Below, one piece after another: positions 41,751-52,955 of a stretch of DNA of 64,000 nt. This DNA comes from Mobula hypostoma. Lineage: Eukaryota. The stretch is from positions 38,008,001-38,072,000 of the forward strand of contig NC_086108.1 of assembly GCF_963921235.1 (NCBI RefSeq), read 5' to 3'. The notes beneath the pieces were generated by a model. It did not search any database, was not told where the DNA came from, and saw nothing but the letters and a program-made list of their open reading frames with translations. Position 1 is the first letter of the stretch. Every line of letters starts with the position of its first letter. A program made the translations under genes and the position numbers.

Positions 41751-43384
41751 ATGCCACCCCTTCACCATTTCCATCCCCCTTTCGTCTCCCTCTGGTGCTC
41801 CTCCCACCTTTTCCTTCTTCAATGGCCTTCTGTCTCCTCTTATTAGGTTCCCCCTTCTCCAGCCCTATATCTCTTTCATCAATCAACTTCGCAGCACTTT
41901 ACCTCACCCCTCCCCTTCCCGGTTTCACCTGTCACATTGTGCTTCTCCTCTCCTCGCCCAACTGTTTAATTCTACTCCTCATCTTTTTCCTCCAGTCCTA
42001 CCAAAGGGTCTCAGCCCAAAATGTCCGTCCACTGTACTCTTTTCCATAGATGCTGCCTGACCTGCTGAGTTCCTCCATCATTTTCTATGTGTTACCAACA
42101 GTCATATGCAGCTTAAGAAATATTAGCATATAAGATAACATTAAGCATACTCACAAAACAATATATATAACATAGCCCAAGTCCCTGAGCCCATGGATGT
42201 TGACGGCATGAATAAGCCTGCAGCAGTCTGCAGAAGAATGTAATCCAGTTTGTCTTCCACAGAGTGCCACACCGTCTCCAGTATCACCTCTCCTGGGTGG
42301 CTGCAACAGGCAACACCACGGTACGAGGCCCAGCCCATGCTGTGACGAGGTCACGCAGCTCCCCCACCATCAATCCCACCATTAACTCAGTGAACTGGAC
42401 TTGCTGCATAACACATTATAAATGTCCAACAGGGTCCTGCATCACAAGAAAAATGACTAAGACTACCATTTGTTGTTAGACTGCATATCACCCTCATGCA
42501 TCCAGCTCCAACGCCTCTATGTTGCAGGCAGCAATGTGGTCCGCACCAAGTCCAGCTCCTCTGCCAATGGACAACTCGCTGATGGGATAGACCTACAGTG
42601 CTTGAAGTTGTTAATATCTGTCAATGTCTTGCAATTGTAAAAAAGACAATTACAAAAGACAATAACACCTTTGGGTGTCCTCATATAGGCCAGTGCATTC
42701 GAGCACAAGATTTGGATGATGGAATTGATGGCTTTGTAGCCAAGTTTGAAGGTGATACAAAGATAGGTGGAGGGGCAGATAGTATTGAGGAAGCAGGGAG
42801 TCTGCAGAAGGATTTCAATAGACTAGAAGAATGAGCAAAAAAGTGGTAGATGTTATGCAGTGTAGGGAAGTGCCTGACCATGCACTTTGGTAGATGGAAA
42901 AAGGTGTAAAATATGCAAGTCCTTGTGCAGGATTCCCTAAAGTTAACTTGCAGGGAAAGTCAATCTTAAGAAAGGTAAATGGAATATTAGCATTCATTTC
43001 AAGAGGTCTATAATATAAAAGCAAGAATGTAATTTAGAGGCTTTATAAGGAATTAGTCAGAACATATTTCGAGTATTATAAAGCAATTTTGGCCCCCTTA
43101 TCTAAGAAAGGATGTGCTGGCACTGGAGGTTGTCCAGAGGAGATTCAGGAGCATGTACAATGAGTTCATGTATAAGGAGTGTTTGATGGTTCTGGGCCTG
43201 GAGTTTAGAAGAATTAGGGTGATCTCATTGAAACCTATCGAATATTGAAAGGCCTATCTAGAGAGGTAGAGAGGACATAGATAATGCAAACACGAGGAAT
43301 TCTGCAGATGCTGGAAATTTAAGCAACATGCATCAAAGTTGCCGGTGAACGTAGCAGGCCAGGCAGTATCTCTAGGAAGAGGTA

Positions 43385-43422
43385 CAGTCGACGTTTCAGG
43401 CCGAAACCCTTCGTCAGGACTA
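43385..43422 (-). ncRNA. Minimal type I hammerhead ribozyme (intact), sense to KCNT2 pre-mRNA
   Basis: TAGTC-CTGACGA-AGGGTTTCGGCCT-GAAA-CG-TC^GACTG. Confidence 0.85.
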
Positions 43423-43473
43423 ACTGAAGGAAGAGCTAGTAAGAGATTTGAAAGTGGGAGGGGGAGGGGGAGA

Positions 43474-44788
43474 AGCTCTCCACTTCTTTTTGGATTCCAG
43501 ACTTAATCAGTTCCCCTCTACCACCACTCTGCTCCATCTAGCGGAATTAGTCCTTACTCTTAATAATTTCTCCCTTGGCTCCTCCCACTTCCTCCAAACT
43601 AAAGGTGTAGCAATGGGCACCCATATGGGTCCTAGCTATGCCTGCCTTTTTGTTGGCTTGTGGAACAACCTATATTCCAAACCTATTCTGGTATCTGTCT
43701 CCCACTTTTCCTTTGCTACATTGATGACTGCATTGGAGCTGCTTCCTGCATGCATGCTGAGCTCGTTGACTTCATTATCTTTGCCTCCAACTTTCACCCT
43801 GCCCTCAAGTTTACCTGGTCCATTTCCGACACCTCCCTCCCCTTTCTAGATCTTTCTCTCTCTATCTCTGGAGACAGCTTATCTACTGATGTCTACTATA
43901 AGCCTACTGACTCTCACAGCTATCTGGACTATTCCTCGTCCCACCCTGTCTCTTGCAAAAATGCCATCCCCTTCTCGCAATTCCTCTGTCTCCGCCGCAT
44001 CTGCTCTCAGGACGAGGCTTTTCATTCCAGGATGAGGGAGATGCCCTCCTTTTTTAAAGAAAGGGGCCTCCCTTCCTCCACCATCAACTCTGCTCTCAAA
44101 CGCATCTCCCCCATTTTACGCATATCTGCTCTCACTCCATCCTCCCGTCACCCCACTAGGAATAGGGTTCCCCCGGTCCTCACCTACCACCCCACCAGCC
44201 TCCGGGTCCAACATATTATTCTCCGTAACTTCCGCCACCTCCAACTGGATCCCACCACTAAGCACATCTTTCCCTCCCCACTCTCTCTGCTTTCTGCAGG
44301 GATGGCTCCCTACACGACTCCCTTGTCCATTCGCTCCCCCCCCCCATCCCTCCCCACTGATCTCCCTCCTGGCACTTATCCTTGTAAGCGGAACAAGTGC
44401 TACACATGCCCTTACACTTCCTCCTTTACCACCATTCAGGGCCCCAGACAGTCCTTCCAGGTGAGGCGACACTTCACCTGTGAGTCGGCTGGGGTGATAT
44501 ACTGCGTCCGGTGCTCTCGATGTGGCCTTCTATATATTGGCGAGACCCGACGCAGACTGGGGAGACCGCTTTGCTGAACACCTACGCTCTGTCCGCCAGA
44601 GAAAGCAGGATCTCCCAGTGGCCACACATTTTAATTCCACATCCCATTCCCATTCTGACATGTCTATCCACGGCCTCCTCTACTGTAAAGATGAAGCCAC
44701 ACTCAGGTTGGAGGAACAACACCTTATATTCCGTCTGGGTAGCCTCCAACCTGATGGCATGAACATCGACTTCTCTAACTTCCACTAA
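43474..44788 (+). pseudogene. Frameshifted PLE polyprotein: RT, Cys-rich linker, GIY-YIG endonuclease (Neptune-like)
   Basis: QTKGVAMGTHMGPSYA, YIDDC, CKRNKCYTC, GVIYCVRCSRCGLLYIGET, RFAEH, ATHF; frame changes near 43660 and 44560. Confidence 0.88.
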
Positions 44789-45086
44789 TGCCCCACCTCC
44801 CCTTCATACCCCATCCATTATTTATTTATATACACACATTCTTTCTCTCTCTCTTCTTTTTCTCCCTCTGTCCCTCTGACTATACCCCTTGCCCATCCTC
44901 TGGATTTCCCCCCCCTCCCCCTTTTCCTTCTCCCTGGGCCTCCTGTCCCATGATCCTCTCATATCCCTTTTCCCAATCACCTGTCCAGCTCTTGGCTCCA
45001 TCCCTCCCCCTCCTGTCTTCTCCTATCATTTTGGATCTCCCCCTCCCCCTCCCACTTTCAAATCTCTTACTAGCTCTTCCTTCAGT

Positions 45087-45124
45087 TAGTCCCGATGAAG
45101 GGTCTCGGCCCCAAATGTCGACTG
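45087..45124 (+). ncRNA. Degenerate hammerhead copy
   Basis: Core mutated (CCGATGA; CAAA). Confidence 0.55.
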
Positions 45125-45683
45125 TACCTCTTCCTAGAGATGCTGCCTGGCCTGCTGCGTTCACCAGCAACTTTGATGTGTGTTGCGTGAGGACATAGAT
45201 AAGATGTTTCTTATAGTGAGGGTGTCGAGGATGAGAGGAAACAACCTCAGCATAGAAGTACGTTCCGTTAAAAAGAGGCGAGCAAGAATGTCTTTAACAA
45301 GATGGTGATGATTCTGTGAAATTCATTGTCACAGATTGATGCAAAGGCCAAATGATTGTGTATATTTAAAGCAGAAGCTGAAAGGCTCTTGGTTGGTAAG
45401 GGTGTCAAAAGTTATGAAAAGAAGGCAAGAGAATAGTTTTGCAAGGGATAATAAATCAGCATGTTGGAATGGCAGAGCAGACCCAATGGGCCTAATGGCC
45501 TGATTCTACTCCTATATCTTATGATCACATAAGAAGGCACTCTTGACCTCACAATCCACCTTGTTATCACCTTGCACCATACTGTCCGTCTGCACTCTCT
45601 CTATAACTGTAACATCTTATTCTGCATTCTTTTATTGTTTTTCCTTGTATGATATCAAAACATGGAAACAATGATTTGATCTA

Positions 45684-47329
45684 CAGTGGTGCCAGAAAGT
45701 TGGTGAACCCTGTAGAATCTTCTTTATTTCTGCATAAATATGACCTAAAATGTGATCAGATCCCCACACAAGTCCTAAAAATAGATAAAGAGAACCCAAT
45801 TAAAAAAACAACACAAAAACATTATATTTGTTCAATTATTTATTGAGAACATTTAGCCAATATTACATGTATTTGTTGGAAAAAGTACATGAACATTGGG
45901 GGTAATGCCTTCTACAAAAGCTATTTGGAGTTGGGTATTCCAATCAATGAGGTGAGATTGAAGATGTGGGTTTAGAGGTGCCCTGCCCTATAAAAATACA
46001 AAGTCAGGCGACTGACAGATGACAGAGCCTGCTCTTCTCAAGGAAGATCTGTTTACGTGCACTGTGCCTCAATCAAAACCACTTTCAGAGGAGCTTAGAA
46101 GAAAAATTATAGAGATGCATCGAACTGGAAAAGGCTACAGAAGCATTTGTAAATACCTGAGTGTTCAACAGTCCACAGTGAAAGAAATTGTCCACAAATG
46201 GAGGAAACTCAGTACTGTTGCTACTCTCCCTGGGAGTGGGCATCCTGCAAAGATCACACCAAGAGCACAAGCGCAATGCTAAAAGAGACAAAGAACCCAA
46301 GGCGATCAGCAAAAGACCTACAGAAATTGCTAGAACTTACTAAAGTCTCTGTTCATGTGTCCACTAGGAGAAAAACACTGAACAAGCATGGTGCTCATCG
46401 AAGGGCACCACAGAGGAAACCACTGCTCTCCAAAAAAACATTGGGGCACATCTCAAGTTTCTAAAAGAAAACCTGGATGTTCTACAATGCTTCTGGAACA
46501 ACGTTCTGTGGATAGATGAGCCAAAAGTTGAACCTTTTGGCAGAAATGCACACTGCTGAGTTTGGAGGGAAAAGGGCACTGCACACCAACACCAAAACCT
46601 CATCCCAACTGTGATAAGTGGTGGAAGGAGAATCATGGTTTGGGACTGCTTTGCTGCCTCAGGGCCTGGACAGCTTGCAGGAACAGTGAATTCAAAATTG
46701 TATCAAGACGTTTTATAAGAGAATTTTAGGGTAGCAGTCCATCACCTAAAGCTTAATAGAAATTGGATAATGCAACAAGAGAATGATCAAGTGGACAAGA
46801 GTAAATCAACAACAGAATGGTTTAGAAAGAAGAAAATTGGTATTTTTGAATGGCTGAGTCAAAGTCCTGACCTTAATCCTTTAGAAATGTTGTGGAAGGA
46901 ATTGAAGCAAGCAGTTCGTGCAAGGAAGCCCACCAACATCCCAGTGTTGAAGCAGTTTCATAAGGAGGAATGGCCTTAAGTTCGCCCAAGCTGATGTGCA
47001 GGACTGATAACAGTTACGAGAAACATTTGGTTGAAGTTATCATTGTACAAGAGGGTCATACCAGCTCCTGAAAGCAAAGGTTCACATACTTTATCCAACA
47101 AATACATGTAATATTGGATCATTTTTCTTACTAAGTACATGAACAAGTAAAATGCTTTTTGTGTTATTTATTTAGTTGGGTTCTGTTCACCTAGTTTTAG
47201 GACTTATGTGAAGATTTGATCATATTTTCGGTCACATTTATGCAGAAACAGATAAAATTCTACGGAGTTCAGAATCAGAATCAGGTTTATTATCACCGGC
47301 ACGTGACGTGAAACTTCCCAGCACCACTG
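45684..47329 (+). mobile_element. Tc1 DNA transposon, full length, dead transposase
   Basis: TA-flanked ~200-bp TIRs (cagtggtgccagaaag / aaacttcccagcaccactg); LSEELRRKII..GKGY..GSGHPAK; WLSQSPDLNPLEMLW. Confidence 0.92.
47271..47313 (-). mobile_element. Rex1 tail-only micro-insertion in the right Tc1 TIR
   Basis: agaatcagaatcaggtttattatcaccggcacgtgacgtg is the reverse complement of the tail seen at ~13603-13645. Confidence 0.8.
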
Positions 47330-47640
47330 TATGTAGATGGCATGCAAAACCAAGTTTTAACTCTGTACTTTAGTATGTGTGACAATAATAAATCTATGTA
47401 CTAACTTAAGTAGAGTCCCATAATGTCCTTCAAATTGAATATGGCCATAATTGTAATCAACTATATTGTCTGCCAATCTTACAAATGGATTTCAAGCATA
47501 AAAATCATTCATGCGCTCCCTTGGCAACTTGCATCTTATATCCAGTTGCATTCAAAATAACGCCAACCTTACTTGGCGAATAACCATGATTCATTAGCAC
47601 ACAGATATTGTGTATTTAATATTTGAGTAATCTCATGCAT

Positions 47641-47672
47641 GCGTGTGTGTATGTGTGTGTGTGTGTGTGTGT
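47641..47672 (+). repeat. (TG)n microsatellite
   Basis: Read directly. Confidence 0.9.
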
Positions 47673-47879
47673 ATAAACATATATTGATTAAACATTCTTA
47701 TTCATTTAAATAATTCATTACAAGTTATATGCAATAAATGCATGAATTACATACATCATCACGCTACCTTGTGATAAGTGCGCTCCTTGCTTAAAGTCTA
47801 CATGAAGTTAGTATCACATTTTGGACTCCCATGGCTTTCTTTGAACTAATTTACTGTTTTGAAGTTACAAAACATAAGA

Positions 47880-50800
47880 AGAATAATACAGCACAGTACA
47901 AGCCCTTTAATCTAACCCCACCCTCCCACAAAGCCCAGCATTTGTCTTTCATTCATGTGCTTAAGAGATGGTTAAGTGCCCCTAATGAATCACAATCTAC
48001 TACCATCACCCCTGGAGTGCATTCCATGCACTTACCACTCCATGTGTAAGAAAACCAACAGCTGACATCCCCGCAAACTTTCCACCAACATCTTAAAATT
48101 ATGCCTCCTCGTATTAGCCATATCTGCCCTGCGAAGAAGTCTCCAGCTGTCTGCTCTATCTATGTTTCTTATCATCTTGTATGCTTCTATCAATCACCTC
48201 TCATCCTCCTTCTCTCAAAAGAGAAGAGTGCTAGCTTGCTCAACATATCCCCATAATACATGCTCTCTAATCCCAGCCTTATCCCCATGACATGCTCTCT
48301 AATTCATGTCCCCCTCTGGCTCTCCTAAATTCATTCTTAATCTCCTTCCTTGCCACTTTGTAACTCTCGAGAGCTCTGAGTGATCCTTGCTTTCTAAACC
48401 TTTTGCAAGCTTTTATCGTGCTCTGGACTGGATGTTCCACATCTCTTGTCAACCATGGTTCCTTAACCCTACTATCCTTCCCCTGCCTCAATGGGACAAT
48501 CCTATCCAGAAAATCATGCACGTTCCCTAAACACCATCCACATTTCTGTTGTACATTTCCTTGAGTATATCCGTTCCCAATTTATGCTCCCCAGTTCCAG
48601 CCCAAGAGCGTCATAATTCACCCTCCCCTCAATAAATGCTTTCCCATACCAACTCCTCCTATACCGTTTCAAGGCTATGGTAAAGATTAGGGAATTGTGG
48701 TCACTGTCTTGGAAATGTCCGCCTACCAAGAGATCTGTCATCTGACCATGTTCATTGTCTAGTACCAGATCTAGTTTGGTATCTCCTCCAGTTGGTCTGT
48801 CTACATATTGCATCAGGAATTTTTCCCGGTCACACCTAATAAACTCTACCCCATGCAAACTCTTTGCACTGAGGATGTGCCAATCAATATTAGGGAAGCT
48901 GAAGTCAACTCTGTTATTTTTTGCATCTTTCCAAAATCTGCCTCTGGATCTGCACTTCTTTGTCTCTGTTTCTATTGAGGAGTCTATAAAATACTCACAA
49001 TAGAGTAATTGATCCCTTCTTATTTCTGACTTCCTCCCACACTGACTCAGCAGATGGTCCATTCATGATATCCTCACTTCCTGCAGTTATGAAACTCTCC
49101 CTGTTCATCAATGCCACTATTTTACGTCCCTCCCTGTCCCTTTTGAACAAATTAGCCAGAAAAAGTGGCTCACCTGAGGACTGGGAGAAATTCAGAGTTC
49201 AGCAGAGGAGGACAAAGGGCTTAATTAGGAAGGGGATAAAAGATTATGAGAGAAAACTGGCAGGGAACATAAAAACTGACTGTAAAAGCTTTTATAGATA
49301 TGTAAAAAGGAAAAAACTGGTAAAGACAAATGTAGGTCCCCTACAGACAAAAACAGGTGAATTGATTATGGGGAGCAAGGACATGGCAGACCAATTGAAT
49401 AATTACTTTGGTTCTGTCTTCACTAAGGAGGACATAAATAATCTACCAGAATTAGTAGGGGACAGAGGGTCCAGTGAGATGGAGGAACTGAGCGAAATAC
49501 ATGTTAGTAGGGAAGTGGTGTTAGGTAAATTGAAGGGATTAAAGGAAGATAAATCCCCAGGGCCAGATGGTCTGCATCCCAGAGTGCTTAAGAAAGTAGC
49601 CCAAGAAATAGTGGATGCATTAGTGATAATTTTTCAAAACTTGTTAGATTCTGGACTAGTTCCTGAGGATTGGAGGGTGGCTAATGTAACCCCACTTTTT
49701 AAAAAAGGAGGGAGAGAGAAACCGGGGAATTACAGACCGGTTAGCCTGACGTCAGTGGTGGGGAAACTGCTGGAGTCAGTTATCAAAGATGTGATAACAG
49801 CACATTTGGAAAGCGGAGAAATCATCGGACAAAGTCAGTATGGATTTGTGAAAGGAAAATCATGTCCAACGAATCTCATAGAATTTTTTGAGGATGTAAC
49901 TAGTAGAGTGGATAGGGGAGAACCAGTGGATGTGGTATATTTGGATTTTCAAAAGGCGTTTGACAAGGTCTCACACAGGAGATTAGTGTGCAAACTTAAT
50001 GCACACGCTATTGGGGGTAAGGTATTGATGTGGACAGAGAATTGGTTAGCAGACAGGAAGCAAAGAGTGGGAAAAAACAGGACCTTTTCAGAATGGCAGG
50101 CAGTGACTAGTGGGGTACCGCAAGGCTCAGTGCTGGGACCCCAGTTGTTTACAATATATATTAACGACTTGGATGAGGGAATTAAATGCAGCATCTCCAA
50201 GTTTGCGGATGACACGAAGCTGGGTGGCAGTGTTAGCTGTGAGGAGGATGCTAAGAGGATGCAGAGTGACTTGGATAGGTTGGGTGAGTGGGCAAATTCA
50301 TGGCAGATGCAATTTAATATGGATAAATGTGAAGTTATCCACTTTGGTGGCAAAAATAGGAAAATAGATTATTATCTGAATGGTGGCTGATTAGGGAAAG
50401 GGGAGGTGCAATGAGACCTGGGTGTCATTATACACCAGTCATTGAAAGTGGGCATGCAGGTACAGCAAGCGGTGAAAAAAAGCGAATGGTATGCTGGCAT
50501 TTATAGCGAGAGGATTCGAGTACAGGAGCAGGGAGGTACTACTGCAGCTGTACAAGGCCTTGGTGAGACCACACCTGGAGTATTGTGTGCAGTTTTGGTC
50601 CCCTAATCTGAGGAAAGACAACCTTGCCATAGAGGGAGTACAAAGAAGGTTCACCAGATTGATTCCTGGGATGGCAGGACTTTCATATGAAGAAAGACTG
50701 GATGAACTGGGCTTGTACTCGTTGGAATTTAGAAGATTGAGGGGGGATCTGATTGAAACGTATAAAATCCTAAAGGGATTGGACAGGCTAGATGCAGGAA

Positions 50801-52065
50801 GATTGTTCCCGATGTTGGGGAAGTCCAGAACAAGGGGTCACAGTTTGAGGATAAAGGGGAAGCCTTTTAGGACTCAGATTAGGAAAAACTTCTTCACACA
50901 GAGAGTGGTGAATCTGTGGAATTCTCTGCCACAGGAAACAGTTGAGGCCAGTTCATTGGCTATATTTAAGAGGGAGTTAGATATGGCCCTTGTTGCTACG
51001 GGGATCAGGGGGTATGGAGGGAAGGCCGGGGCAGGGTTCTGAGTTGGATGATCCGCCATGATCATAATAAATGGCGGTGCAGGCTCGAAGGGCTGAATGG
51101 CCTACTCCTGCACCTATTTTCTATGTTTCTATGTTTCTATGTATCTAAACCCCAGAACTTCCAGCAGCCTTTCCTGCCGTCTTGACAGCCGTATCTCTGT
51201 AATGGTCACAACGTCATAGTTTCATGTACTGAGCCATGCTCTAAATCCATCGACTTTGCTCCTGATACCTCTAGCATTAAAAACAGACACATTTCAATCC
51301 ATCCAACTGACTGCAATTGTGCCCTTTCTATTGTCTATCCTTCCTCACAATCTCCTTACACACTACATCTACCTTTACACAAACTGCACTTTCCCGAGTC
51401 TCTGAGCTATCACTCTGGTTCCTAAATTAATTTAAACCCTCACAAAGAGCTCTAGCAAACCTGCCCACAAGGATATTGCCCTCCCCCTGAAAATCAGGTG
51501 TAACCCATCCCTTCTGTACAGGTCATACACTCCCAAGAAGAGATCCCAATGATCAACAAATCTGAAATCCTGCCCCCTACATCAATTCTTCAGTCACACA
51601 TCCATCTGTCAAATTATCCTATTCTTACCCTCACTGGCACAATGCAGAGGCAGTAAGCAAGAGATTGCCACCCTTGAGATTCTACTTTTCAGCTTCCTAC
51701 CTAACTCCTCATATTACTCTTCAAGACCTCATCCTTTTTCGTACCTATACCGTTGGTACCAATATGTTCCATGACTTCTGGCTGCTTACCTTCCCCCTTA
51801 AGAATGGTGTGGATCTGATCTGAGATGTCCCTGACCCCTGCACCTGGGAGGAAACATAGCTATCACAAATCAATTTCACATCTACAGAATCTCTTGTCTG
51901 TTCCTTTAATTATTGAATCCCCTCTCACCACTATTCTCCACTTCTCCCCATATCCCTTCTGAGCCTCGGAGCCAGACTCAAGTGTCAGAGGTCTGGTTGT
52001 TGTGGATTTCCCTGGCAGGTTGCTTCTTCTCCCCCCACCCCACCACCCCAACAGTTTCCAAAGTG
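47880..52065 (-). mobile_element. Old CR1 LINE with deletions, interrupted by a young CR1
   Basis: DFSFPNIDW..PTGGDTKLDLVL..DSDHN (APE endonuclease); ORF1-like IVVRGDSIIKGTDKRFC near 51870-51940. Confidence 0.8.
49146..51142 (+). mobile_element. Young CR1 LINE, 5'-truncated
   Basis: RT ORF to 50390 ([28 protein letters not shown]), ORF 50491-51042, (TTTCTATG)n tail. Confidence 0.93.
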
Positions 52066-52774
52066 GTCTGCGTGTTCTAGGGCTATGTTCTAACACTTTG
52101 AAGCCAAGATTACAGGATGGGTCAAGCATCCAACTGAGGCATGATGAAACACATATTTTGCATTTCAGTACCATTGATCCTAATGCTTTGTAGTGCTCTA
52201 CAGGACTATTTAATCAAAATATAAATAGCTCTACATCTTCCACAGTTTCATTTTGAAATGTGGTCCAACATGAACCTATGCAGAGAAAAATATCTGAAGA
52301 TAACAAGCACAAAAGAGAAAGATTGTCAATACTCCTGAAGTCAATGGAACAAATCTAACAGCACACACATTTTATCAGAAGCTTTTCTGTTTATTGCCAA
52401 CAGAGTCCAGCAATGCATCAAGATTCATATATAGGAAGCATTCCAGAATATGCCAATATTACTTACATTAACTGTGTGTATGCCATTCAATGTGTTTTTT
52501 AACTTACTCATTTTTTACCATGTGGCAGTAATGGTAAGGCTAACATCTATTCCTCAATTACCAGGTCATGCATGGGCTTCGGGTACACGTTGCCCAGACA
52601 AGGCAGAGATGGTATGCTTCCTCCCCCAAGGAAATTAGTGAACAATCTAGTAGTTTATAACAATCTACTAGTTTTGTGGTTGGCATTAATAATAATAACT
52701 TTATTTTAAATCCTGATTATTAACTGTCCTTTGATGCTTTGGTTACCATGGTGGAAGATGAAGTCAGATCTCAG

Positions 52775-52955
52775 ACTGCAGATACTGGAAATCTTAAGGA
52801 ATCATGCAAAATGCTGGAGGAACACAGTAAGTCTGGCAGCATCTATGAAGGGGAATAAATGGTTGATACTTCAGGATGAGACAGGACTAGAAAGGCAGAA
52901 GAACGAGCCCCTTTCTGGCCTCTCCCCTCTTCCTTTCCAGTCTTGATGAAAGGTC
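52775..52955. mobile_element. Old miniature PLE tail remnant, apparently head-to-head
   Basis: Minus-strand tail followed by plus-strand ctttccagtcttgatgaaagg hammerhead remnant. Confidence 0.5.

Larger units (their letters stand above)
40007..41751 (-). mobile_element. Non-autonomous Gypsy-like LTR element: complete 3' LTR 40007-40973, ~180-bp internal region, truncated 5' LTR ~41155-41751
   Basis: TGT..ACA termini; polypurine tract 40974-41008 abutting the LTR on the minus strand; direct repeat 40007-40420 vs 41155-41750; gag-like start MDPA at 41137. Confidence 0.8.
39695..42095 (+). mobile_element. Older PLE 3' fragment (39695-40006 and ~41752-42095) interrupted by an LTR element
   Basis: ERFAEHLCSI..SIHGLLYCHNEATLRL before the LTR; PLE-type tail after it. 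Confidence 0.75.
43285..45188. mobile_element. Penelope-like element, head-to-head insertion 3 (minus arm 43285-~43473, plus arm ~43474-45188)
   Basis: TSD gaggacatagataa at 43271-43284 and 45189-45202. Confidence 0.93.
42705..45525 (+). mobile_element. Old CR1 3' part split by PLE insertion 3
   Basis: DLDDGIDGFVAKFEGDTKIGG; CR1 3' end resumes after 45189. Confidence 0.75.

Noticed and set aside
46064..47070. Possibly functional or domesticated Tc1 transposase
   Set aside because: Multiple frameshifts and stops; start codon appears mutated.
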